Source: a virus
Lineage: Duplodnaviria > Caudoviricetes
Virus record (IMG/VR): IMGVR_UViG_3300036770_005207
Coordinates: 1-25,261 of that record
Length of the DNA stretch: 25,261 bases
Strand: one strand, 5' to 3'
Below are positions 16,774 to 24,700 of the stretch, one piece after another. Position numbers and translations under genes: made by a program. The first letter of the stretch is position 1; each line of letters begins with the position of its first letter. The notes below the pieces were generated by a model. That model saw only the letters and a list, made by a program, of their open reading frames with translations. It searched no databases and had not been told where the DNA came from.

Positions 16774-18147
16774 ATGAAAAAGTCTACATATTCGAATTTG
16801 TCCGATAAGAGCACTCTTCTTGAAAATATGACTGCTCATTTCGACAAAGATGTAATTTCGGCAAAGGAACTTCACGCATACGTGAAACTCAAGAAAATTC
16901 CTTTTCCATATTTCATCACTAAAGAGCGCAAAGTTGGTCGTGGTCAATTCAGCATCGTTCCGAAGCATGTTGGTTGTGTCACTCCCGTTGCTAAGAAAAA
17001 GGTTCAACCTGAACCTGTTGCCGCTGCCGCGATGGTTGCGCAAGTTGTAAATATTGCTTCTCGTCGTGCGACAAATGTAACTGAATCATTTGTTCCCGAG
17101 CACAACGAAACATATGTTCCGTTTGGCTTCTATAATGACTTGCGCGACATTATCAAGTCTCGCATTTTCTATCCCATCTATGTCACTGGTCTTTCTGGTA
17201 ACGGCAAGACCATGATGATCGAGCAGGTTTGTGCTGCGCTCAAACGTGAGTTGATTCGCGTCAACATCACAAAGCGCACCGATGAGTCTGACTTGATCGG
17301 TTCTTACGAACTGGTAGATGGAAACACGATTCGTCGCGAGGGTCCTGTAATCACTGCGATGCGTCGTGGTGCTGTGCTCTTGCTTGATGAGTGCGATCTT
17401 GGGACAGAAGATATCCTGTGCTTGCAGCCGATTCTCGAAGGCAAACCATACTTTGACAAGAAGACTGGTGAAGTCGTCCATCCTGCCTCTGGCTTCAACG
17501 TGATTGCGACTGCGAACACGAAGGGCAAAGGCAGCGACGATGGTCGATTTATCGGTACAAACTTGCTCAATGAAGCGTTCCTGGAACGTTTCGCGATCAC
17601 TGTTGAGCAAGAGTATCCGCCAGCCAATACTGAGCGCAAGATTCTTGAGAAGAATTTCGCTGTTCTGAATATCACTGACACGACGTTCATTGATCGTCTG
17701 ATCACGTGGGCTGAAGTTATTCGCAAGAGTTTCTCGGATGGTGCGGTTGATGAAGTCATCTCGACTCGTCGTCTTGTTCATATCACCAAAGCATTCTCTA
17801 TCTTCAACAATCGTTTGAAGGCAATTGAGATGTGCTTGAATCGTTTCGATGCTGACACCAAGACTGCGTTCTTGGATCTTTACACGAAGGTTGACGTTGA
17901 AGCAACTCCTGCTCCTGTTGCTCCTGAAGCCACTGCGACTATTGCGCGTCCATATGAATTGGTCGTGACCAGAGACCCCAGCACGCTCAGCACCACTTTT
18001 TCGTATAGAGGTGAGTCTGTGACATTCTCTGAGTTGGAGATTGAAGAGTTGCGAAATCAAGGATTGTCAGAAGAGCAGATCAAACTCCGTGTTCTTGAAA
18101 CTCTTGACAAGGTTGCTGTTCGCAGAAGCAACGGCGGTGTGTTCTAA
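16774..18147 (+). CDS. MoxR-family AAA+ ATPase (phage 'CobS-like')
   Basis: Walker A GLSGNGKT, RVNIT...DESDLIG, Walker B LLLDE, ATANTKGKG, NEAFLERF (Arg finger) and ISTRRL (sensor 2). ATG 16774 follows GAGTGA; the ORF-track GTG at 16759 is an alternative start. Confidence 0.9.
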   Translation: MKKSTYSNLSDKSTLLENMTAHFDKDVISAKELHAYVKLKKIPFPYFITKERKVGRGQFSIVPKHVGCVTPVAKKKVQPEPVAAAAMVAQVVNIASRRATNVTESFVPEHNETYVPFGFYNDLRDIIKSRIFYPIYVTGLSGNGKTMMIEQVCAALKRELIRVNITKRTDESDLIGSYELVDGNTIRREGPVITAMRRGAVLLLDECDLGTEDILCLQPILEGKPYFDKKTGEVVHPASGFNVIATANTKGKGSDDGRFIGTNLLNEAFLERFAITVEQEYPPANTERKILEKNFAVLNITDTTFIDRLITWAEVIRKSFSDGAVDEVISTRRLVHITKAFSIFNNRLKAIEMCLNRFDADTKTAFLDLYTKVDVEATPAPVAPEATATIARPYELVVTRDPSTLSTTFSYRGESVTFSELEIEELRNQGLSEEQIKLRVLETLDKVAVRRSNGGVF

Positions 18148-18159
18148 TAGGAGATTATC

Positions 18160-18621
18160 ATGGGTCTTGATATGTATTTGAATGCTTCGAAGTATCTTTC
18201 TGCTTATAACGAAGCAGATAAAGAAACGAAAGAAGCAATGGTGAAATTGTTTCCTGAGTTGAAAGATTATATGAGGAATGGTGGATTTCATTTCAAGGAA
18301 GTGACTGCTGAGGTTGGATACTGGCGAAAGGCAAACGCAATTCATAACTGGTTTGTGCAGAATATTCAAGAAGGCAACGATGATTGCAAACCATATTTCG
18401 TCGGTCGAGAAGAGTTGGGTGAACTGCACGAATTGTGCCAACAAGTTTTGGCTGATCGTAGTCTTGCCCAAGAACTCTTGCCGCCAACTGCTGGGTTTCT
18501 CTTTGGTAGCACTGATATTGATGAAGGATATTTCGATGATCTTCGAAGCACGATTGAGATCATTAATCGTGCTCTTGCTCTTCCAGAAGGTTGGTGGATA
18601 GAGTATCAGTCAAGTTGGTAA
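18160..18621 (+). CDS. Conserved phage hypothetical protein (MGLDMYL...YWRKANAIHNWF...YQSSW family)
   Basis: Strong SD GGAG. A recurrent phage motif set (MGLD, YWRK, GFxFG, YxSSW); function unknown. Confidence 0.8.
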   Translation: MGLDMYLNASKYLSAYNEADKETKEAMVKLFPELKDYMRNGGFHFKEVTAEVGYWRKANAIHNWFVQNIQEGNDDCKPYFVGREELGELHELCQQVLADRSLAQELLPPTAGFLFGSTDIDEGYFDDLRSTIEIINRALALPEGWWIEYQSSW

Positions 18622-18632
18622 GATGTAATAAT

Positions 18633-18661
18633 TTTACTTTGTACACTTGTTAGGTTATAAT
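18633..18661 (+). promoter_or_regulatory. Sigma70-like promoter upstream of the winged-helix gene
   Basis: TTTACT-N17-TATAAT in the intergenic region. Confidence 0.65.
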
Positions 18662-18668
18662 AAGTGTA

Positions 18669-18712
18669 TGTTGTAGTGAAAGCCCCGACGCTACGACATT
18701 TTGTGAAGGGGT
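18669..18712 (+). other. Structured 5' leader (hairpin with possible pseudoknot)
   Basis: Stem TGTTGTAGTG/CGCTACGACA; the loop GCCCC is complementary to downstream GGGGT. Confidence 0.45.
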
Positions 18713-18731
18713 GTTTTGTAAAGGTGATAAT

Positions 18732-19025
18732 ATGTCTGCTATTTATTCTATGTACAACTACCTTGCTGATGGTAACACTGTGACCACGCGTCAGGCTCGC
18801 TCGCTTTTCAAGGTCGAGAATGTCGCTGATCTCGTGTATCGTCTCCGCAACAACGGTGTTGCTGTTTACACCAACCGTGTAACGAACAGCCGTGGCGAGT
18901 CGACCATCGCCTATCGTCTTGGTACTCCGAGCGAACAGTTCGAGAAGTATTTTGATCGCGGTCAAGTTGGTCGCGCTCGCAAGACTCTTTATCGTAACGC
19001 CATCGGCGTTTCGATGGCTGCTTAA
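18732..19025 (+). CDS. Small basic winged helix-turn-helix-like DNA-binding protein (97 aa)
   Basis: SD AAGGTGA before ATG 18732. The segment 'YLADGNTVTTRQARSLFKVENVADLVYRLRNNGVAVYTN...YRLG' matches an HTH plus wing pattern. Confidence 0.7.
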   Translation: MSAIYSMYNYLADGNTVTTRQARSLFKVENVADLVYRLRNNGVAVYTNRVTNSRGESTIAYRLGTPSEQFEKYFDRGQVGRARKTLYRNAIGVSMAA

Positions 19026-19057
19026 TTCTGTAAGCAAGCAATAAAACCGTTCTGGTT

Positions 19058-19090
19058 CTGTCGGGGGGCGTTCAGCCCCCCACAGTTTTT
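19058..19090 (+). terminator. Rho-independent terminator
   Basis: CTGTcGGGGGGC-GTTCA-GCCCCCCACAG followed by TTTTT. Confidence 0.88.
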
Positions 19091-19104
19091 ATAAGGATTA
19101 AGAT

Positions 19105-19133
19105 TTGCTTTTGCATAAGTAATGGGGTACAAT
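19105..19133 (+). promoter_or_regulatory. Sigma70-like promoter for the DNA-modification operon
   Basis: TTGCTT-N17-TACAAT just after the terminator, about 28 nt before the ATG at 19162. Confidence 0.7.
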
Positions 19134-19161
19134 ATCGGTACTCTGTTAACAAAAAGAGAAG

Positions 19162-20532
19162 ATGACCATGGCTAAAGTTATTGTTGCAAAAACTAAGATT
19201 GATTGTTCAGATTTGATGGGTAAATTCGTTGATGAATCCCATTACGATGTTCTAGTTGAAGAAGATACAGATTGTTATCTTCCAGCAGATTGTGACATCA
19301 CAACTCGCGCATCTTGCAAAAAGACAGATTGTTCTGAATGTGAAGAGATGAATCCTAAAGATGAAAAAAGAATTGGTTTCATCTTCCGTAAGAATTGGTT
19401 TACAAAAGAAGAACAAGAGCAAGCATATATTGGTTTGCGTGGTGCTGCAACAGCCACTCAAAATCGCGGTATGGCTGCAGGACCAAAAGGCGCAAAACTT
19501 GGTGGTCGTGATTGGGCTACTGTTGAACAGATTGATACACTGACTTACCTTTGTGAGTTGAGCGAGAATAGTATTTCAGACGATCTTGAATCTTCTTTGA
19601 ATACAATTCGTGGGCTTGCTGAAAAGAAAGAAGATACACGAGGGTTGGTTTGGCTTTCCTCTGAAGTTGAAAAGCATCAATTCAATTATGAAGAATGGTT
19701 GAAAGCAGTTGTAAAGAAATCAACTGCTGAAATTAAGAAAGAAGCCAAGTGGGTTCTTGAGACGTTCATCTCCGACACAACCTATGCAAACGCAGTTCTT
19801 TCTGGCGTAGCAGGTTGGTTTGATCGTTATCCTCGCATTCCATATGGTCGCGCTACTTCTTACACTCGCGACAATTTCGATAAATTTCAAATGGCTTTCC
19901 CATTCCTACAGTCACTTGATCGCGGCTTTCGTGAATTGCTTCCATGGCGTTGGAGCAATCAAAAGGCTGCAGCAGATAAAATTGACTCGCGATTCTTGGT
20001 TCCAGGAACCGTATTCACCACAGTCACTGTGAATAGTAACTTCAGAACAGCGGCACATTATGATGCTGGTGATCTCAATTCAGGTTTGAGTAATCTTCTT
20101 GTTGTTTCGAATGGCGGGAGATACAAAGGTGGTTATCTTGTATTGCCAGAATATCGTGTTGCTGTAAACGTTCGTCCAGGCGATCTGCTTTTGATCAACA
20201 ATCATGAATGTATGCATGGAAATACTCCAATTGAATTGGAAGATGAAGATGCAGAACGCATCAGTCTTGTTTGCTACTTCCGCGAAAAGATGCTTGAACT
20301 TGGCTCATACGAATATGAAAACACTCGTTATCAATATGTTGAAAGTCGTCGTAAAAACAGAGAACATAGACTTTGGAAACCATTATGGAATGGTATTTCG
20401 GAAGGTATGTGGGCTGAAGAAGAGTGGTATGACTACCTGAGAGAACACGGTGGTCAGGAGATGCTTGATAAATATCACTTGAATGAATTGAACAAAAAGA
20501 AAGGTTCGAGCCTTGAAGGATTGTTTGCATAA
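19162..20532 (+). CDS. TET/JBP-family 2-oxoglutarate/Fe(II) dioxygenase (5-methylpyrimidine oxidase)
   Basis: FTTVTVNxNFRTAAHYDAGD (HxD), GGYLVLPEY, PGDLLL, HGNTPI (distal His) and ERISLVCYFRE (2OG-binding Arg) match the phage TET/JBP pattern. An alternative start is at 19168. Confidence 0.88.
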   Translation: MTMAKVIVAKTKIDCSDLMGKFVDESHYDVLVEEDTDCYLPADCDITTRASCKKTDCSECEEMNPKDEKRIGFIFRKNWFTKEEQEQAYIGLRGAATATQNRGMAAGPKGAKLGGRDWATVEQIDTLTYLCELSENSISDDLESSLNTIRGLAEKKEDTRGLVWLSSEVEKHQFNYEEWLKAVVKKSTAEIKKEAKWVLETFISDTTYANAVLSGVAGWFDRYPRIPYGRATSYTRDNFDKFQMAFPFLQSLDRGFRELLPWRWSNQKAAADKIDSRFLVPGTVFTTVTVNSNFRTAAHYDAGDLNSGLSNLLVVSNGGRYKGGYLVLPEYRVAVNVRPGDLLLINNHECMHGNTPIELEDEDAERISLVCYFREKMLELGSYEYENTRYQYVESRRKNREHRLWKPLWNGISEGMWAEEEWYDYLREHGGQEMLDKYHLNELNKKKGSSLEGLFA

Positions 20533-21230
20533 TGTGTGCGATAATTGGTGCAATTCTAAAACAACCTACTGAATCTGACTGGAATGCTGTTAAAAAAGTA
20601 TTCCAGCAGTCGGGAATTCGCGGTTTGCACGCAACAGGGGCATCCTTTCTTCTTCATTGGAATAAAGGCATCACCTCGTTCGTAGAACCTGTGCCTGTTG
20701 AAAAGTTTATACAAATTCATTTAGAAAAATCTGTCAAAGAGTTTGTAAATGAAGATGGTAATCTTTATATGATTGGGCATTGTCGCTATTCAACTTCCGA
20801 TCTCGAATACAATCAACCCATATATAACGATCAATACTCTATTGCTCACAATGGTGTTGTATCTCAAGAGATGCCTGAGCGTTGGAAAGAACTGTACGGC
20901 TATGATTGCGTCACTCGAAATGATAGTGAATTGATTCTACAATCAATTACAGCAGGCAAGTCCCCATTAGAAGAATTTCCCGACTCTTCAATGGCGGTCG
21001 CCGAATTACATCGAGATAAGAAATTGCGCTTTTATCGAAATGGTAAGCGACCAATTTACTTTACTCATATGCAGAATGGGTATATAATTACTTCTACGGA
21101 AGACATTGGTGTACGATCTTCAATCAAGCCAATTCAAATGCCAATGAACACTTATATGACTGTTGGTGATGATCTTACCTTGAATATGGTAAGAGTGAAA
21201 ACAAAGAAACCTGATCTTCAGAATGCATAG
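20532..21230 (+). CDS. Class II (Ntn) glutamine amidotransferase domain protein, standalone
   Basis: N-terminal Met-Cys nucleophile (MCAIIG), RGxHATG, GHCRYST, HNGVV, NDSE and RP motifs. Confidence 0.88.
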   Translation: MCAIIGAILKQPTESDWNAVKKVFQQSGIRGLHATGASFLLHWNKGITSFVEPVPVEKFIQIHLEKSVKEFVNEDGNLYMIGHCRYSTSDLEYNQPIYNDQYSIAHNGVVSQEMPERWKELYGYDCVTRNDSELILQSITAGKSPLEEFPDSSMAVAELHRDKKLRFYRNGKRPIYFTHMQNGYIITSTEDIGVRSSIKPIQMPMNTYMTVGDDLTLNMVRVKTKKPDLQNA

Positions 21231-22308
21231 AGAAAAAATTCTTCTTATTGATAACGTCTTTGCTCCATCTAAAAAAGATAGAATCTTAAATGGAGTGCAG
21301 AAATTCAGCAAAGCGCAGCGTGATGTGCTTTCTGAATATTATGACGTTTACTATTTGACTATGAAAGGGTCTGATATTCAATTTCAGAATCAGATCATAC
21401 TTGATTGCATTCATGATGTTAATTTGCCAGTAAAAGATAAGCGTAAGTTGACTAAAAAGATTTCTGATGCAATTGTGAAAGTCATTAAAGAAGTACAACC
21501 TAATATTGTAATGGATAATTCTTGTAAACACTTAACGAGTATTTACAAACATTATAAAAACGGTGTTGTGTTTGATCACTATCATCGCCCTTCAATGCCA
21601 CTTACTCCTGAAATTAAAAGTCGGTTTGATCGTAGAAAAGTCTATTGGTGTGGTGTTTCTAAATGGCAGCATGAGCGTTTTGGTGGTTTGTTTGATGGTA
21701 CAACTTCGGTTCATCTAGTTGAAAAGGAAGAACTACCAGTTGAACCGAAGCCTTATGCTGTGTTCGTTGGTCGTTGGGATAGTGGTAAGAAGCCACAAGT
21801 AATGATGCGTATGCATGGTAAGCATGCGCCGAAAGATTTCATTCTTCATGTCTTCACAACACTCAAGCATTGCTACATCAAGAAAGAAGATGAAAACAAT
21901 ATTGCGGCGTTGAAGAAGTATAAGAATATCAAATTCCACTTTGACGCACCTCGTGAAGAAATAATGAAATGTATGCGTGAGGCTACTTACATTCTTGGTA
22001 GCGGTAAAGAATCTACTGGTATTGTATCAATGGAAGGCGCAACATTTGGTGTTCCATATATTGTTCTTGGTAGCGACTATGTTCCAGAGCAGGAACATAT
22101 GCATCCTTTTTCAATGGCTCTTCTTGATCGTAATTTAGATATACCAACATCAGAACAATACAAAGCTGCTATTGAACGCTTCCAAAAATACACTCTGGAA
22201 GATCGAAAAAAAATAGCGAAATATGCTTTTGTCAGGTATAATAGAAAACAGTTTTTAATTAATCAACTTCGTCTTATTAACGACGTAAAGGCAAAATATG
22301 CATTATGA
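21223..22308 (+). CDS. GT-B fold glycosyltransferase (GT4-like)
   Basis: VFVGRWDSGKKP and the E-x7-E motif ESTGIVSMEGATFGVPYIV; two-domain size (361 aa). Confidence 0.8.
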   Translation: MHREKILLIDNVFAPSKKDRILNGVQKFSKAQRDVLSEYYDVYYLTMKGSDIQFQNQIILDCIHDVNLPVKDKRKLTKKISDAIVKVIKEVQPNIVMDNSCKHLTSIYKHYKNGVVFDHYHRPSMPLTPEIKSRFDRRKVYWCGVSKWQHERFGGLFDGTTSVHLVEKEELPVEPKPYAVFVGRWDSGKKPQVMMRMHGKHAPKDFILHVFTTLKHCYIKKEDENNIAALKKYKNIKFHFDAPREEIMKCMREATYILGSGKESTGIVSMEGATFGVPYIVLGSDYVPEQEHMHPFSMALLDRNLDIPTSEQYKAAIERFQKYTLEDRKKIAKYAFVRYNRKQFLINQLRLINDVKAKYAL

Positions 22309-23263
22309 TAAAGCCAGTTTTACATACGGTGTTGAACTTGAATACGGCGATTCTTATCGCTTCAATGAACTTCCAACTGGCGCAAAGTGGAACGACAAAG
22401 ACAATACGTGTGTTAGTACCACAGGTATTGCGAATGACCCACTAGGTCTTTTGTACAAATATGGTGGTGAAATAAACACCAAGCCGACAGAAACTGTTAA
22501 AGAACAAATTGAGCACATTGCTGAAATCAATGCAATGCTACAACCTGCTCCTGTTGTAAACTACAGAAGCAATCTTCATATTCACGTTCGTGTTCCTGGT
22601 CTTAAAGACGATCTAGATAGTTGTAAGAAACTGTTAAGATACATTAATGAGTTTCAACAGCAAGCATTTGATATTGTAGAGACTATTCCAGTTCCTAGTA
22701 AAAGTATGCTTGAGCCTGAAGTTTATGAATGGGCATTGAAACGAATGAAACGACGACAGAAGTCGCATCAATATAAGTTACCTGAGTCTCGCGTCAACGC
22801 AATGATGAACGCAAAGACAACTCAGGAGTTTTATGAAGAACATGCACCTCTAACTGAAAAGGGTCGTATGTGGTTCTTTTCGCCACGAGCAGGAATCAAT
22901 CTTCGTCAGATGTGGGAAGAAACTAATACAATTGAATTTCGCCACTTCCCAGGCACTCTGGATATGATTGAAATGGAATCTTGCATATGCTGGTGTCGTG
23001 AATTTCTAGACGCTGCATTAAATACAGAAAAGACTCCAACAGAAATATTTTGGGAAACGTCATATAAGTTTCCTAAATTCCAACCTTATGAATTTGAAAC
23101 TGAACAGATTTATCAATGGACTAATTTCGACGCTCACAGCCGTAAGATTGTTGAAAAAAGATTAAATGCATTGCGAGAAAAGATTGACATTGATGCTGTA
23201 GGTAGTATAAACTCAAAGGATATCTACCCGCATATGGTACAACTACGAGAGCAAGGTCTATGA
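22298..23263 (+). CDS. Amidoligase (COOH-NH2 ligase, glutamine synthetase/GCS-like, amidoligase_2 type)
   Basis: FTYGVELE, GGEINTxP, SNLHIHV, R-x-x-INL and TIEFRHFPGT motifs. Confidence 0.82.
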   Translation: MHYDKASFTYGVELEYGDSYRFNELPTGAKWNDKDNTCVSTTGIANDPLGLLYKYGGEINTKPTETVKEQIEHIAEINAMLQPAPVVNYRSNLHIHVRVPGLKDDLDSCKKLLRYINEFQQQAFDIVETIPVPSKSMLEPEVYEWALKRMKRRQKSHQYKLPESRVNAMMNAKTTQEFYEEHAPLTEKGRMWFFSPRAGINLRQMWEETNTIEFRHFPGTLDMIEMESCICWCREFLDAALNTEKTPTEIFWETSYKFPKFQPYEFETEQIYQWTNFDAHSRKIVEKRLNALREKIDIDAVGSINSKDIYPHMVQLREQGL

Positions 23264-23706
23264 ATGTTTTATTTGTATGTCATGGTAATATCAACCGCTC
23301 TGCTGCGGGTGAAATTATTTTAAAGAAAATGTGTCCAGATTGGAATGTAAAATCGGCTGCTCTTAAAGATACAAAGGGTAACGAAATCACTGCAAAGAAG
23401 ATGCGCACCGCATTGAGTGAATCTGGGTATGATGGTACGGGTATTCGTTCAACCCCCATCTCGCAAGAGTTGATTGATTGGGCTGATGTAGTATTCTACA
23501 TGGACAATAGTAACGAAAATAAACTTCGTGAGAAATTTGGCGAGGAAGTCTTCAATAAAGCCACACGAATTAGTTCGTTGATTAATGTTCCTAAAATCCC
23601 AGACCCTAACTTCGCACAAGGTAATGAATTACATAAGCAAGTGATTGTTATGTTAGAAGAAGCATTAAAGGTTTTTATTCAGAAGCATGAATCTCCAGCG
23701 TCGTGA
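23260..23706 (+). CDS. Low-molecular-weight protein tyrosine phosphatase / ArsC-like phosphatase
   Basis: P-loop VLFVCHGNINRS (CX5R), WADVVFYMD and IPDP (general acid Asp). Confidence 0.88.
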   Translation: MNVLFVCHGNINRSAAGEIILKKMCPDWNVKSAALKDTKGNEITAKKMRTALSESGYDGTGIRSTPISQELIDWADVVFYMDNSNENKLREKFGEEVFNKATRISSLINVPKIPDPNFAQGNELHKQVIVMLEEALKVFIQKHESPAS

Positions 23707-24700
23707 AGAATTCATACGCTGGTATGCATGGTCAATGAAATATGGCGACTGTGATCCAGCAGTATGGATAACAAACTATCTTCATAAAAGATATGAACAC
23801 AATAGTGAAGAGCGACTCTGGTTTGCTTGGTTGTATGGTAACACCTACCAATTGCCAACTGCATGGGTTCTGAAAAATGAATTCCCAGACTATGAACTCG
23901 CCACTGTGGATCGTATCGAATGGTGGAATAGTCAAAATTATCAACGTTTGCGTTATCAAACAGACACAAAGTGGAACAAAGGTCACTTGCCGACCATGTT
24001 CGCTTCTTACCAACAATTTATTGGCAAGAAAACTCAACGTGAGGTTCTAGAAAATTATTATGGCGACAACGAAACACAATCTTTCCACAATCTTTGGAAT
24101 AATCTTAAGACTTCTCTTTACAAATTTGGTCGCTATTCCACTTGGTTTTATCTTCAGCATCTTGTTCATACTGCTGGCATTAACTGTGTACCTGACAGCC
24201 TCATGCTTGACGATTTTGCAGGGTCTCGTTCTCATCGTAATGGTTTGCATCTCGCCATCGGGCAAGACGACAAATATGATGTTAAACTCACTGCTTCAGA
24301 ATGCGCAGACCTTGAAAGCATCGCCAAGGAAATTCTTGAGGAAACCCGATCTCGATTCCCTGAATTGAATAGCCAGATAGACTTTTTCACGATGGAGACT
24401 TGTCTTTGTTCATTCAAGAAAATCTTTCGTGAGAATCATGGGAGATATCTTGGCTACTATCTCGACCGCCAGTCTGAAGAAATCGTTCAAGCAGAAGGTG
24501 ATGGTTGGAACGGTATTGAATGGAATGTTTTATGGCAAGCAAGAAATGAGACTTTAGATTCGAGGCTTGCCCCAAGAAATACAATTAACAAAGAAAAGTT
24601 TACTTACTATCTAAGAACAGGTAGAATAGAAAGACTTGACTGGTTGTTTAAAGATGAAAAGCCTGTATATGAAGGGCTGGAGGCGTTATGGCAAGAGTGA
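23687..24700 (+). CDS. Amino acid:DNA transferase (aGPT-Pplase2-like, HhH-glycosylase-like fold)
   Basis: DCDPA, W.AWLYGNTY, HhH-like KFGRYSTWFYLQHL, FTMETCLCSFKK and GRYLGYY motifs; adjacent to a P-loop kinase, as in thymidine hypermodification clusters. Confidence 0.75.
   Translation: MNLQRREEFIRWYAWSMKYGDCDPAVWITNYLHKRYEHNSEERLWFAWLYGNTYQLPTAWVLKNEFPDYELATVDRIEWWNSQNYQRLRYQTDTKWNKGHLPTMFASYQQFIGKKTQREVLENYYGDNETQSFHNLWNNLKTSLYKFGRYSTWFYLQHLVHTAGINCVPDSLMLDDFAGSRSHRNGLHLAIGQDDKYDVKLTASECADLESIAKEILEETRSRFPELNSQIDFFTMETCLCSFKKIFRENHGRYLGYYLDRQSEEIVQAEGDGWNGIEWNVLWQARNETLDSRLAPRNTINKEKFTYYLRTGRIERLDWLFKDEKPVYEGLEALWQE

Noticed and set aside
17086-18060. 324-aa minus-strand ORF
   Set aside because: Lies entirely antisense to the well-supported MoxR ATPase, with no recognisable motifs or RBS; a codon-bias shadow ORF.
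16774-18147. Calling the AAA+ and vWA genes cobS/cobT cobalamin auxiliary metabolic genes
   Set aside because: The motifs support only a MoxR/vWA family assignment; there is no cobN or other cobalamin gene in the window.
20467-20474. GATAAATA near the end of the TET/JBP gene as an internal late promoter for the rest of the operon
   Set aside because: Plausible position but an imperfect match in coding DNA; needs TSS data.
23260-23706. Arsenate reductase (arsC) call
   Set aside because: Lacks the downstream redox Cys pair, and there is no ars operon context.
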